From sequence record KX467643.1: a stretch of DNA of 39,399 nucleotides. The stretch is one strand, 5' to 3'. Below are positions 24,976-35,991 of the stretch, piece by piece. The stretch's first letter is position 1; each line of letters starts with the position of its first letter. Under the pieces are notes generated by a model. It saw only the letters and a list, made by a program, of their open reading frames with translations, was not told the DNA's origin and did no database searches. A program made the position numbers and the translations under genes.

Positions 24976-25673
24976 TGTCATACACAACACCTACTTATAC
25001 TGCGTCAGTATCAAATGATATATTACGTTATATGATGGCATACGCAACGGGTAACGATGGTTGCATACAGTCAATGTCAGCATTATTTCAGCCTAGCGGT
25101 GAAAGTGTAACGGGGTATAATGTAGGGACATCTAATACAACAGAAGCAGGTTTTATATTCCAACAGCTAAATATTCCGCAAGGGGTTGGAGTTAATATAA
25201 TATTTTTTTCTACTACAATACCTCAAAACACGTTTTTCATTGACCTTAGGTTTACTACGACACAAAGTAATACGTACCAACTCGTACAAATTAATACGTT
25301 ACCACCAAATCCAAATTATGCATTAGTAATAATCGTGACGTTAACGGTTACTGCACAACCTGCATCAAATATAAATATATCACCTCTATTACAAGCATTT
25401 ACATCATTCGCTTCCAATCAATGCACGACAGCACAACCACCATCGTTGTCATATACAGGTAGTGGATTTACTATATTCTATGAAAACACTTATGTAAGTG
25501 GTACTATATTTAACGCGATACTTATTGCTCAAAATACATTAACTTCATCAAATACAATACAAATATCAGCTACTATAAACGGTTATGTAGTAGCTACAGC
25601 TACTATATCTACACCGGCATTAGGATACGCGTACTTTTTATTTGCATTAACATTAGTATTTACAAGTGAGTGA
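24972..25673 (+). CDS. Putative terminal/tail structural protein, 233 aa
   Basis: T/S/N-rich beta protein; overlapping start/stop coupling. Confidence 0.75.
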   Translation: MMSYTTPTYTASVSNDILRYMMAYATGNDGCIQSMSALFQPSGESVTGYNVGTSNTTEAGFIFQQLNIPQGVGVNIIFFSTTIPQNTFFIDLRFTTTQSNTYQLVQINTLPPNPNYALVIIVTLTVTAQPASNINISPLLQAFTSFASNQCTTAQPPSLSYTGSGFTIFYENTYVSGTIFNAILIAQNTLTSSNTIQISATINGYVVATATISTPALGYAYFLFALTLVFTSE

Positions 25674-26668
25674 ACTTGAAACTTGTGGAAGTATCCTCCA
25701 TTATAAATGGCGGAGCAAACATTTATATCAACAACAAACTCGTAGCTAGAACTCATAATAATGTAACACCATCATTTATACTATCTCTCATAAAATCAAT
25801 TATCGGAGTGTCGGCAATATATGGGGGATATTTCGAGATGCCATCTACCGCTACTGCAAAGCTATTCTACAAGAACACACCAGTCACGTCAGCCGTGTTA
25901 TCTCATACATCATTCACAGAAGAGACCATATCTGGCTACGAGCATACTCGTATCATATTTACATTTAGTGATGCATCACGTACTAAGTACTCGTTTGATT
26001 CATTGCAATTGTGGACAGCATCTACAAACGCGTTATTGTCACATGTAAGTGATATAGCGTTGACATCACCACTGAACAAGAATCCACAAGATGTAGTACA
26101 GATAGATTGGTGGATAGAAATGGAATCAGGTCAGCCATTTTCTAATATATTGTCGTACTTACAACAACAACAAGCTACATACTGTTCATCATCGTGCACC
26201 ATACCGTCAGTTGTGCCAAACATGGTATATGGATACAGCGTATTCAATGCGTTTTTCATCTTACTTGCACTACCTAATGTTATACAAGTTGCGAAAGACA
26301 TTAAGACACCGCTTACAAACTACCTTGTAGAGGGTCTTACACTTGCTAGCCAGGTGAAACCACAAGGAATAACATCTGTAATATGTTACGATGTTTGTAA
26401 TTGCCAAACGACAACAAATCCTCAACAAGGTACCGTTAGTGAGTTTATAGGTGATAGTTATGTATACGTGGCATTTAACTTCAATAACCCATGTCCATCA
26501 TCAGAATACGTTGTACCAATATCCACTCTTGATTTAGGAAACGGGTATGAATTACAGTTCGCTGTAGCAGGTATTCCATCAGATGGGACTGGTGCATCAG
26601 CATTACTAATAAAAATACCATACGGGAAGGCTACACTTGAGAACCTATTTACTCATCAGGGTGAGTAA
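25670..26668 (+). CDS. Putative terminal/tail structural protein, 332 aa
   Basis: Paralogous YSFDSLQLW...KNP...IDWWI motif. Confidence 0.75.
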   Translation: MNLKLVEVSSIINGGANIYINNKLVARTHNNVTPSFILSLIKSIIGVSAIYGGYFEMPSTATAKLFYKNTPVTSAVLSHTSFTEETISGYEHTRIIFTFSDASRTKYSFDSLQLWTASTNALLSHVSDIALTSPLNKNPQDVVQIDWWIEMESGQPFSNILSYLQQQQATYCSSSCTIPSVVPNMVYGYSVFNAFFILLALPNVIQVAKDIKTPLTNYLVEGLTLASQVKPQGITSVICYDVCNCQTTTNPQQGTVSEFIGDSYVYVAFNFNNPCPSSEYVVPISTLDLGNGYELQFAVAGIPSDGTGASALLIKIPYGKATLENLFTHQGE

Positions 26669-26669
26669 T

Positions 26670-27701
26670 ATGTCAAGTGTCACACAACCAGCATACACGG
26701 AGGCATTCATGTCAGTTATTGCAACATCAGTCTCTGGTGTAAATGTAAGTCAATACCCGTCACCCTCGGGCTACCATGTTTATTTATCAAGCCAGACTGG
26801 TATCGTTGATAACACGACCAACGTTAGCGTGTATAATGTATCTGATACATATCAGAACAACAATGAAGTTACATCAGTCACATTTATAGCTGTATTTACG
26901 AACTTAAACAGTTACACATTTAATGAGATTCTATTCTATACTCAAGTAAATGGACAAGATTTCATGCAAGTAGCCCAATTCATCCCCTCTTCTGCCATAC
27001 AAAAATCATCTGGTTACGCATTAGTAATTACGATTACGCTCTCAATAGCCACACCTATATATACTATAGATGCCATACAAGATGTACAACAGTTATGTAC
27101 ACAGTATTGTACAAACGTAAACTGTAACACAGTAGGCGGTAACATAGAGACATCATACTTACCATTTTCACTATTTAATCTTGTCTTCTTATATCTACTA
27201 GGTATAAATACTAACACAATAGAACAATCACCAAGTACCCAACAAACAGCTTCTCTATATGCCAACTGTATAAATAGTTGTGTGCAATATTGTAGTACTA
27301 ATAGACCACTTGAGTGTGTAGCATGTTTGAGTGGTTGTCACACGTATTTACTTGAAAACCCATTATTCACATTCCTATTAGCAAATAACATACAAAATAT
27401 TGTTGAGCTATTACCACAAGGTATAAACACTATATACGCTGTTAACGTATGTAGTGGCAAAGTAGCAACACTTACACCCCAAAATTTTCAGAATAACTTA
27501 AATGTTGTTTCACAATCTGAAATACAATATACCACACAGTTCTACTTACAAGGTACTAACGAGTTATTTAACGCGTTACAGATAATGGTGTCTACGTTAA
27601 ATACAAACTATAACTATAGTCTTGGTGTATTGTATTTCACAGGTGTACCATTACCTTCCGGAGAAACCTTTATACTTGAGGTGACCATGAGTGAAAGTTA
27701 A
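26670..27701 (+). CDS. Putative terminal/tail structural protein, 343 aa, Cys-rich
   Basis: GGGTGA RBS before ATG 26670; YTFNEILFY...KSS..LVITI motif. Confidence 0.75.
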   Translation: MSSVTQPAYTEAFMSVIATSVSGVNVSQYPSPSGYHVYLSSQTGIVDNTTNVSVYNVSDTYQNNNEVTSVTFIAVFTNLNSYTFNEILFYTQVNGQDFMQVAQFIPSSAIQKSSGYALVITITLSIATPIYTIDAIQDVQQLCTQYCTNVNCNTVGGNIETSYLPFSLFNLVFLYLLGINTNTIEQSPSTQQTASLYANCINSCVQYCSTNRPLECVACLSGCHTYLLENPLFTFLLANNIQNIVELLPQGINTIYAVNVCSGKVATLTPQNFQNNLNVVSQSEIQYTTQFYLQGTNELFNALQIMVSTLNTNYNYSLGVLYFTGVPLPSGETFILEVTMSES

Positions 27702-28617
27702 AGTAAAAAGCTACTTTACAATTAGTGTTGAAGATAGAACTAAACGACTACACAATACCTTGTCAGCGGAATATATATATTTAATTCAAGGTTTATTAAC
27801 ACAAGGTCAGTCATATCGAGCACCATACTCAGGTTACACCGTAGCCTTTACGCCACCATCGAACATGTACTTTGTGTTTTTAAGCAATGGTGTCGTAGTT
27901 GCACGTTTCCCTGCAAAGTTATTATCGTATAATGAGAATATAAATACTGTTAACACTTCACAATGTCAGAATAATTTGACATCTTGTAATCTGAATAACC
28001 TATTGTTTAGTCTAGAGTATAGTTCCACGGATGAGACGAATGACACATACACGTTCGATGAAGTACAACTTTGGGCTGACAATGAGTACATGATAGCGTA
28101 TGCCAGTGTAGGCACGACCACGAAGAACGCTAACACATTTGTACGTGTGACATGGGATGCCATAATAACAATAGAATCTGATAACGTATTGTATATACCC
28201 GGTTGCACAAACTTCACACTCACATTGAACTCACAGTTACAGTTAAACAATTACCAACCCTATCTATGTCTGAACTTACCGTACATAATCGTCGCACTTA
28301 CGCTTGTCCCATATTCACTTGTTCCGCAAAATACGTTCCTATACACTCAGTTGTCTACGTTACTAAAGATACTAAATATCTCCTCTACACAACAATTACA
28401 ATTGCAAGGAGTACAATATTATGTAGTAGGAAATACGGTATATCCAATATCACAACCTTATATAATTATTAATACCCAACAGCCAAATACTATAACACTA
28501 TTCCTGTTATACGGTATCAATAACAACTACTTTATCTATACAACTTCGTTATCCGTTACGATACAGTACTTTAAGTTATATATTCCTACGCTTACAATTA
28601 ATATGGTAGAACAGTAA
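27691..28617 (+). CDS. Putative terminal/tail structural protein, 308 aa
   Basis: YTFDEVQLW...KNA..VRVTW motif. Confidence 0.75.
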   Translation: MKVKVKSYFTISVEDRTKRLHNTLSAEYIYLIQGLLTQGQSYRAPYSGYTVAFTPPSNMYFVFLSNGVVVARFPAKLLSYNENINTVNTSQCQNNLTSCNLNNLLFSLEYSSTDETNDTYTFDEVQLWADNEYMIAYASVGTTTKNANTFVRVTWDAIITIESDNVLYIPGCTNFTLTLNSQLQLNNYQPYLCLNLPYIIVALTLVPYSLVPQNTFLYTQLSTLLKILNISSTQQLQLQGVQYYVVGNTVYPISQPYIIINTQQPNTITLFLLYGINNNYFIYTTSLSVTIQYFKLYIPTLTINMVEQ

Positions 28618-30392
28618 TGTCATTCCTACTTAATTTAGGTCAAGCATTCTTTTCAGGACTGTCATCGATCGCTACTGGTGTCACATCTGACGTAACAAGT
28701 GTAGCCAATGGTATAAATTATGCATTTAACGTGTTAGCAAAATTTCTGCAAAAGTTACCTAGTGAAATTGCAACTTTCTTCCAGAGTATACCAGGTGCAT
28801 TAGTTGCGTTTGCTCATGCGTTTGGCACATACCTATGGGACGGTATGCAAAGGATTGCTAGTGGGTTTACTACAATAATGGCACCTATAGAACGTGGTCT
28901 TGAAACACTTGGGACAACAGTGATAAATGCACTAACTGTTGTGTGGAATGACATAAAAGCGTTTGCTAGTGCGATATATAACTCCATCGTATCAATGATA
29001 AATAACATAGTGACGTTTGTACAACCTTTTATAAATGATTTAAAAAATGCTATTAGCTTTGCCTATAACTTCTTGCTCAATGTAATAAATGACGTATACA
29101 GTGCGTTCACCATAATATCCAATTTCTTCCTTGACCTACCTACGTTCTTCCAGAACGCGTCTAACTACCTAAATTCGTTATTCACTGATCCAGGTAACCA
29201 ACCCAACTTACTGACTATGGTACCGAACTTAGTTGCAAGTGAGGTATCACGTATTGCTGGTGCGTTTCCTGATGTGATAGCGTATAATACGTTCATGGAA
29301 GTGCTACCAAAGATGGTATCAGGCATTGCCAGTTCACCAATTTTCGGTAATACTGTTAAGGGCATGTTTGCGAAGGCATTACTAATGGCTGGTTCGCCAA
29401 TATTATCTGCGTTATTATCAGAATTGACAAAGGCACTGATGCAATCGTTATTCACATCTACTCAAACCACACAAACCACCCAGAGACCATCACAGCCACA
29501 AATACAACCTCCTAGTGCACCTTCTACACAATTGCAACAGCGTAGTACACAACAAACTAGTCTAAGTGACTTACAGAACTTACAGACACAACAATTAACT
29601 CCAACGCAAATTGAAGTACAACTTGAAAGACCTAATGTAACTGGCGTGTTCACACAAGATGTAATAGGAATGGGGACTGCTAGCGGTGGAACAGCTAAAT
29701 TAGTATCAGGATATATCAACTTCCAGAACAGTATTAAACAGTTTGAAGATGTCTTTGACATAACTGCTAGTTTCTTCATGGAGCTAATACAGTCATTACA
29801 AACTGAGTTTAGCCAAGATATGGCTGTTAACGTATCACTAACACTACTTGAGAACATATATCAAGTAAGTCAGGCAATAGAAATAATACCGTCAGTCGAT
29901 GCTACAACAATTGTTCTACCACCTGGCATATCATTATGTAATCCATCACAAGCACCGTCACCTTCTGAATCAACAAGTACGTCGACAAATTCAATAGATG
30001 TAACAACTACTGTGGATGTTACAGAACAGTTATGTATCCCACCATATGACTTACTAGCCGATGGATTAACGACACAGTTTGCTGTTATAGCTCTTCTACA
30101 TTCTAACATTTCCGATGTAATGCTCGCAATAACGCAACTTATATATGGTATAACTTTCTCTAATTTGATATCTGATATATTATCTGCATCAACACAGTTA
30201 GTGTATTCAATAACATCTAACATATCTACGTCAGACACTGTATCCGTGAGTGCTTCACTCACACCATCTCCACCACCATCTGAGTCATATACATACTATG
30301 TACCTATTGATGTCGCCGTTACGTATACGATTCAAATAGCATCATCGACAACTTATAGCGGTACTCTAAGTTATACTGTGAGTACATCGTAA
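28617..30392 (+). CDS. 591-aa virion protein: amphipathic helical N-terminus, Q/T/P linker, S/T-rich C-terminus
   Basis: TAATG coupling; tape-measure-like periodic aromatic residues in the first ~200 aa. Confidence 0.75.
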   Translation: MSFLLNLGQAFFSGLSSIATGVTSDVTSVANGINYAFNVLAKFLQKLPSEIATFFQSIPGALVAFAHAFGTYLWDGMQRIASGFTTIMAPIERGLETLGTTVINALTVVWNDIKAFASAIYNSIVSMINNIVTFVQPFINDLKNAISFAYNFLLNVINDVYSAFTIISNFFLDLPTFFQNASNYLNSLFTDPGNQPNLLTMVPNLVASEVSRIAGAFPDVIAYNTFMEVLPKMVSGIASSPIFGNTVKGMFAKALLMAGSPILSALLSELTKALMQSLFTSTQTTQTTQRPSQPQIQPPSAPSTQLQQRSTQQTSLSDLQNLQTQQLTPTQIEVQLERPNVTGVFTQDVIGMGTASGGTAKLVSGYINFQNSIKQFEDVFDITASFFMELIQSLQTEFSQDMAVNVSLTLLENIYQVSQAIEIIPSVDATTIVLPPGISLCNPSQAPSPSESTSTSTNSIDVTTTVDVTEQLCIPPYDLLADGLTTQFAVIALLHSNISDVMLAITQLIYGITFSNLISDILSASTQLVYSITSNISTSDTVSVSASLTPSPPPSESYTYYVPIDVAVTYTIQIASSTTYSGTLSYTVSTS

Positions 30393-30449
30393 GGGGAATT
30401 CACACCTTAAATATTAAACTTTTTATTTTCTAATGCATAAATTAGTATA

Positions 30450-30824
30450 ATGAGTCAACCAACTAATAGTGGTGGCGGAGCTAGTAAGGGCATCGTAAAA
30501 ATATTAATACTAGCAATGTTAGCAATAGGAATAATAGGACTACCTGTTGGTTTATACGAAATCGGGACATTGATCGCTACACACATGGCAGTCGGTGATA
30601 TTGAGAACGGTTATGCCTACGGTGGTCTAATGAGTATTATATACAACGCAACACACATATCACAATATCAACAACTATCTCAAATACTTCCTGCTACTGG
30701 TGTAACTATGGGTACCCAAGATATTACCACGATACAGATATTCCTATTATTGCTAGGTCTATTCTTGGATGCACCATTAGCATATATGACATATAATATT
30801 TATAAACATCTAGAAGACGAGTAA
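30450..30824 (+). CDS. Membrane protein, 124 aa
   Basis: Hydrophobic segments [18 protein letters not shown] and [12 protein letters not shown]. Confidence 0.8.
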   Translation: MSQPTNSGGGASKGIVKILILAMLAIGIIGLPVGLYEIGTLIATHMAVGDIENGYAYGGLMSIIYNATHISQYQQLSQILPATGVTMGTQDITTIQIFLLLLGLFLDAPLAYMTYNIYKHLEDE

Positions 30825-30902
30825 TTTTTTAAAAAGATATATATTTTTTTGGAATTAGGAGTGGTTTTTTAAAAGATATATATTTTTTTGGAATTAGGAG
30901 TG
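30825..30902 (+). repeat. Tandem duplication of about 39 bp (two copies)
   Basis: TTTTTT-A(4-5)-GATATATATTTTTTTGGAATTAGGAGTG at 30825-30863 and 30865-30902. Confidence 0.95.
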
Positions 30903-30965
30903 ATAGAGGAGCATCCCTTATTGTAACATAAAATTTATTCTACCACAACAAAGATTATAATTAGT

Positions 30966-31604
30966 ATGTCCTCAAATCTTGCGTATCTTGCATATGAAGC
31001 AATGACATCAGGTCTTAGTAGTGTATCATTTTATGTTGTTGATACAAGTAACAATAACCACTCGCTTAGAGTGTTAGTACCATCTGAAAATACGTATTAC
31101 TACTTTGACAGTAGTCAATCTTCATATACAGCTACATCATTCAATATATCCGTTAATGGCAACGTCATACTTACTGTTAGTCTAAATAACTTGCAAAAAA
31201 CAGGCAATATGACGTTAATAGTAGTTGTGACGCTCAGTATAGGAACATCATTACCAGGTAATCTAGGGACATACGTCATACAAGCTATACAAGCACTGTT
31301 CGCTGGAGTACTCATAAACCTTGGCTGTTCTGCAACAGCATATTACACTATTGTTAACCAACAGACAGGGTCATCGTCAACAGGGTCTATAGGTCTGTCA
31401 TTTAGTCTGTCTAATAACTCTCAATTCGTCGCATCAGGTAGCATATCGTATTCACAGTATGCAGTAGTTTATGTCACACAAATCATAATATCATGTTCAA
31501 CAATTAACGTCAAGGAAAACATAATTACTAATCAGTTAACAAGTAGTGAATGCACATCGTCTTCAGGTTGTACGTATACAATAACCATTACGTTTACAAG
31601 TTAG
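30966..31604 (+). CDS. Putative terminal/tail structural protein, 212 aa
   Basis: YTATSF...LQKTGNMTLIVVVTLSI paralogous motif. Confidence 0.75.
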   Translation: MSSNLAYLAYEAMTSGLSSVSFYVVDTSNNNHSLRVLVPSENTYYYFDSSQSSYTATSFNISVNGNVILTVSLNNLQKTGNMTLIVVVTLSIGTSLPGNLGTYVIQAIQALFAGVLINLGCSATAYYTIVNQQTGSSSTGSIGLSFSLSNNSQFVASGSISYSQYAVVYVTQIIISCSTINVKENIITNQLTSSECTSSSGCTYTITITFTS

Positions 31605-31636
31605 ATATATATTCCACTTTTTCATGATTGTATAAT

Positions 31637-31771
31637 ATGAAAAAGAACCTAAAAGCTAAGGTAAAAGCTGATGTAAAAGTGTACCTTATTCCACGTGACC
31701 AGTTGCAACTTGATAAAAAACTTGATGACAAATACTTAGTATATGATAGTACTAAGACGAAAAAAGGATGA
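31637..31771 (+). CDS. Unannotated 44-aa ORF similar to the N-terminus of 31768-32844
   Basis: [44 protein letters not shown]; fills the gap; ATGA overlap with the next gene. Confidence 0.6.
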   Translation: MKKNLKAKVKADVKVYLIPRDQLQLDKKLDDKYLVYDSTKTKKG

Positions 31772-32844
31772 GCGTTATGAAAAAGAATATTGTTGTACAA
31801 AATGAACTTGTACAAGTAAAAGGTAGAGTAAAAGCAATTACTATTAAGAAAGAAGATTTTAATGAGTTTCTTAAACTTACTACGCTTAGGGTATTTGACA
31901 AGTCATATGATGTATTGATGCCACCTATAGATGACATGAAAAAGAATACAATAGATTTAAATGGTTTAGCAATAATTATACAAAATTACTTTGCCTCACT
32001 TGTATATACTACCGGTAGTCAAAGCTCACCTGGATCAGCTGAAATTGTTCTTAGTACATCATCAGGTTCGCCTGTCACATTGCAATACTCAGGGCAAGTT
32101 AAACAAAATACACAAGGTGTAACGGTACTTCCGCAAATATTTGGAGCAAGTGGAAACTTAACATTTCAATATTATTTCATTGGATTTGATACCACAAATA
32201 GTTCATATAGTGCAACACAAGCCGAGCTTTATGCGTCGGCATGGGTAAGTGGTTCATCTGGAGTACCATTCCAGCCTGACCAAGAAAACCTTTATACTCT
32301 ATATACGCCACTTGTACGTATTGCCTATACTAATATTTCAATAACGAAATCATCGACAGAATATTTATTTCTGGTATGGTTAATAGAATTCGAAAATGTG
32401 CCATCTTACGCTTCATTTGCTATACCTATATTTCAAAATGCGTTGAATCTGATAGCTGATATATTACAACCTACACCCAATAATTCACCACCTCCTTCTT
32501 CAGTTACGATCTATTTCTATAATGGTAACTGTAATTTCACATGTGGCGGTAATTGTCCAAATGGTGGATTAAATGGATTTGTTGTATACACACAGAATAA
32601 CGCCTTGGTGGTTGAGTTTCCATTACAGGCTCCTCTTCAAGGTGGAATATCGTCTCCACAAGTATTAATATGCACCACTGTGAATTTTAATAATAGGGGC
32701 GGTGCTTCAGCTACGATAACAGGCCCCATTCCGGGTGTTGCATCCATATCCGGTAGTGAATCTACTACAGTCACACCACCAGTAAGCGGTGCTACGTTCT
32801 ACGTAGCAATTGTTACAATCTCAATCACATTTACGGCGTCGTAA
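31768..32844 (+). CDS. Putative terminal/tail fibre protein, 358 aa
   Basis: [10 protein letters not shown]...[15 protein letters not shown] paralogous motif; variable S/P/G-rich C-terminus. Confidence 0.75.
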   Translation: MSVMKKNIVVQNELVQVKGRVKAITIKKEDFNEFLKLTTLRVFDKSYDVLMPPIDDMKKNTIDLNGLAIIIQNYFASLVYTTGSQSSPGSAEIVLSTSSGSPVTLQYSGQVKQNTQGVTVLPQIFGASGNLTFQYYFIGFDTTNSSYSATQAELYASAWVSGSSGVPFQPDQENLYTLYTPLVRIAYTNISITKSSTEYLFLVWLIEFENVPSYASFAIPIFQNALNLIADILQPTPNNSPPPSSVTIYFYNGNCNFTCGGNCPNGGLNGFVVYTQNNALVVEFPLQAPLQGGISSPQVLICTTVNFNNRGGASATITGPIPGVASISGSESTTVTPPVSGATFYVAIVTISITFTAS

Positions 32845-32845
32845 A

Positions 32846-33400
32846 ATGATAAACATATCAAGAGTACTATATATTGCATATTCAACATTGCTTAATAGTA
32901 TACCAACGTATGGTGCAACAGCAAATATAAACGGCGTTCCAATAAACCTTCAGGCAACATATAACAATGGAACGCTGACGTTACAAGGTGATATAACAAT
33001 TCAAGCAACAATAAGCACATTAACTATAGAAATATATATAGGCAACTATCCAATCGACTCAATTTCATTAAACGTTACACTAAGTCCTGGTACATATACA
33101 TTCATTTATACATTAACGATAACTGACAGTACTGGTATAATAAATAACGCATTTGGGTACGCTGTCACTAATCAGCTGAAAAGCGTCAGCATATCAACGA
33201 ACTCATCGTCATATATTATAACTGAAACACAAAACATGCTAACATTCTACTTAGAGTATACGTCATACCCATCTTCAGTGTCAATATCTGTCACATTCAC
33301 GCTGACGAACGGGAGTACAGTAAATGGTAGTTATACAGCATCACTTCCACAAGGCACAACGTTATATGGTATCGTGATACCTGTTACATTTGAGGTGTGA
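32846..33400 (+). CDS. Putative terminal/tail structural protein, 184 aa
   Basis: ATG 32846 immediately follows the upstream stop; two-domain T/S-rich beta protein. Confidence 0.75.
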   Translation: MINISRVLYIAYSTLLNSIPTYGATANINGVPINLQATYNNGTLTLQGDITIQATISTLTIEIYIGNYPIDSISLNVTLSPGTYTFIYTLTITDSTGIINNAFGYAVTNQLKSVSISTNSSSYIITETQNMLTFYLEYTSYPSSVSISVTFTLTNGSTVNGSYTASLPQGTTLYGIVIPVTFEV

Positions 33401-33404
33401 ATAA

Positions 33405-33599
33405 ATGATATCCTATATATATGACGAAAAAGATAAAACATTACATGTTAAAATTCATCTATTAATAGAACATGTACCACAAAAACCCAGTGAAGAAGAG
33501 TTGAGAAAAGTACTACCTAAAATACTAAAAGATTTTGGAAACATGATCGAAACAGGCAAAATAAAAATCCTAGATAGAGACGAATGGGGTCTGTGGTGA
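33405..33599 (+). CDS. Hypothetical protein, 64 aa
   Basis: GAGGTG RBS. Confidence 0.75.
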   Translation: MISYIYDEKDKTLHVKIHLLIEHVPQKPSEEELRKVLPKILKDFGNMIETGKIKILDRDEWGLW

Positions 33600-34375
33600 A
33601 ATTAGTCTATACTCAATGCAAAAACTGTAGTTATGACTGGGTAGTAGACCAGACTATCTATTATATGAAAAAATACCATAACATAGTGTTAACAAAAACA
33701 TATTTTAAACCCGCACGATTTTATGTAGGAGACTGTAACACAATTTTTAACACAGCATATGACGGAATAGCTTGGTGTGACACTAATAGTAATGTAACAG
33801 CAACACCATCGAATAACCTAACAGTGATAACAACATCAATATGGTCAAAAGAACATATGGAAAAGAAAGGTATATATGTAGAACAAGTGATACCACGAGG
33901 AATAAACGATGAAATGGCACAAAAACACGTAAACTTTGACTTTAATGCGAGGAGAGGTTATATTATAATTGCGAGAAACCTTCAACATGAAGTACTTAAA
34001 ATGTTTGAAGGAAAACGAAAAGAACTAACATTAATAAGCGATCATCCTAACGCAGATTTCGGTTTTTTCTCGTTAAGTGAAGACGTAAAGTATTATTTAC
34101 TATCTCACTCGCTCTTTTATATAGCGGTAAGTGACAAAGAAGGGTTTAATATACCTCCAGTAGAGGCAATGAGTGTAGGTACACCTTTAATTTATATAAA
34201 GAAACATGTATATAAAGAACATGGTTGTGGGATTGAAATAGAATCAATTGAAGACTTAAGAAAAATAGAAATTTCAAAAGAAGAGTGGGAAGACTTAAGT
34301 TACAAATGTTGGTATAAATCTTTACGATATCATTATATTACTGTTGGACAAGAATTATGGGATTGGTTTAAGTAA
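33584..34375 (+). CDS. GT-B (GT4-like) glycosyltransferase, about 260 aa
   Basis: [19 protein letters not shown]; N-terminal CKNC. Confidence 0.88.
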   Translation: MGSVVKLVYTQCKNCSYDWVVDQTIYYMKKYHNIVLTKTYFKPARFYVGDCNTIFNTAYDGIAWCDTNSNVTATPSNNLTVITTSIWSKEHMEKKGIYVEQVIPRGINDEMAQKHVNFDFNARRGYIIIARNLQHEVLKMFEGKRKELTLISDHPNADFGFFSLSEDVKYYLLSHSLFYIAVSDKEGFNIPPVEAMSVGTPLIYIKKHVYKEHGCGIEIESIEDLRKIEISKEEWEDLSYKCWYKSLRYHYITVGQELWDWFK

Positions 34376-34694
34376 AAATCGTCTTCAAAATGTCCTCAAA
34401 TCCTGGAATAGATTTAAATACACGTGCTATATCCTCTGGTTTATCATATTTAAAAAGGTAATCAGGATGAGCAGTTAATATTAATTTCATTATAACCAAT
34501 TTATCCTCATCTGGTATCCTATTAGGATCAAACCCTATTAATTGTTCAAACATATACAATAATGTAATATCTACATGATCACCTCTAAGCCATTTAATCA
34601 ATGCATCAATGATGTGTATCTCAGCTTTGGAAAATTTAGAATTGTGCCTATCAATAATTTTTTCAATCCTCTCTTTCACAGGGTAATAGCTCAT
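34368..34694 (-). CDS. Hypothetical helical protein, 108 aa
   Basis: Promoter AAAGGTTTATATA about 25 nt upstream. Confidence 0.8.
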   Translation of the reverse strand: MSYYPVKERIEKIIDRHNSKFSKAEIHIIDALIKWLRGDHVDITLLYMFEQLIGFDPNRIPDEDKLVIMKLILTAHPDYLFKYDKPEDIARVFKSIPGFEDILKTIFT

Positions 34695-34775
34695 AAATTA
34701 TTTCTTACCAAAACAAGTATATAAACCTTTATGATAGGGAAAAAATTAAATAAGAGAAAGCAAAGAGAATAAAAC

Positions 34776-35252
34776 ATGATATCAATCGAAGATTATTTTA
34801 GACAAAAAGATTGTGATTATTGGAGAGAATACCCACACAGCTACGGTAAACTTGACGTGTTCAATAAAACAATACAAATAGTAGGAGCAGATTGTGGTAG
34901 TTCTGCGTTGTATTTCTTAATGAGAGGGGCAAAATATATTGTACAATATGAAAAAGAAGAACACCTCAGAAAAAGATGGGAAGAAGCGTGTAAATATTTT
35001 AACATATGTGAAAAAGCAACGATGAAAAATGAATGGAATGGAGAATATGAGAATGTAGATATATTCGTAATGGACTGTGAAGGATGTGAAGAACACTTGA
35101 ACATAGATATGCTAAAAAAGTATGAACAGTGGTGCGTTGGAATACACGACTGGACAAAAAATAGGGTAGAATTAATGAGAAAAATGGAAGGAACTATCTT
35201 CACTTATACGAGTGATGACGGCAGAGAAGTAACTTTGTGTAAAACGTCATAA
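34776..35252 (+). CDS. SAM-dependent methyltransferase (FkbM-like), 158 aa
   Basis: Motif I IVGADCGSS, acidic YE after strand 2, VMDCEGCE (FkbM KxDxEGxE-like). Confidence 0.85.
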   Translation: MISIEDYFRQKDCDYWREYPHSYGKLDVFNKTIQIVGADCGSSALYFLMRGAKYIVQYEKEEHLRKRWEEACKYFNICEKATMKNEWNGEYENVDIFVMDCEGCEEHLNIDMLKKYEQWCVGIHDWTKNRVELMRKMEGTIFTYTSDDGREVTLCKTS

Positions 35253-35957
35253 CATGTGCTTTATTGAACTAAAGAATTTCTTGAAGTCAGCGATAAGTGT
35301 ATTAGCGAAATTTACATCACTCTGTGGGATTTCGATTATAATCCTTTGCGTCATCACGGTACCCACGTTAGAAATAGTAAATTGGTAAGAGAATACAGCA
35401 TAAGGATCCGGAGGAGCCTGTACAGTAACACCGGTCTCCTGTTCATATTCTATAATCTCAGCATAATCGTAAATTATAACATATAGATTAAGGTTCTCAG
35501 GATAAGCCTCTAATAATTGCCCCCATAATTTCTGCAAGTTAGCAAACCCATATTCTGGAACTGTAATAATCCCATTAGGAGGAAGCGAGAAGACAAAACC
35601 AACTATGTTTTTACCAGATGAATCTCTTAACACAGCAAGAGAATATAATGGGACATTGTTAAGATCGCTAATATAACTTGACAACCCATTAGCGAAATAG
35701 ACATCAGCGAATGCATTACCAAAAATGTAAGAGGGTACAGTAATCACGTTGTTATTATATACCAGTTCAGCACCCCTAAGTAATGATACGTACTTTTTCT
35801 CATTAGTCTTGTTAACAAGTATCCAATCTACTCTACCTTGAGTTGCATCATATGTGTAATATAAAGCAAAATTATCATTCTGCCAAAGTAAATTTGAACC
35901 AGAAGGTATTTCGGAAAGAGGTTTGACCTTTGAGACATCAGCTCTGAGCTTTCTCAT
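35247..35957 (-). CDS. Hypothetical beta-rich protein, 236 aa
   Basis: Clean ORF. Confidence 0.8.
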   Translation of the reverse strand: MRKLRADVSKVKPLSEIPSGSNLLWQNDNFALYYTYDATQGRVDWILVNKTNEKKYVSLLRGAELVYNNNVITVPSYIFGNAFADVYFANGLSSYISDLNNVPLYSLAVLRDSSGKNIVGFVFSLPPNGIITVPEYGFANLQKLWGQLLEAYPENLNLYVIIYDYAEIIEYEQETGVTVQAPPDPYAVFSYQFTISNVGTVMTQRIIIEIPQSDVNFANTLIADFKKFFSSIKHML

Positions 35958-35991
35958 AATAAAAAATAAGAAAAAAGAGGTTAATAAAACT

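Noticed and set aside
31594-31815. 73-aa minus-strand ORF
   Set aside because: It overlaps two plus-strand genes; the plus-strand 44-aa ORF fits the operon better.
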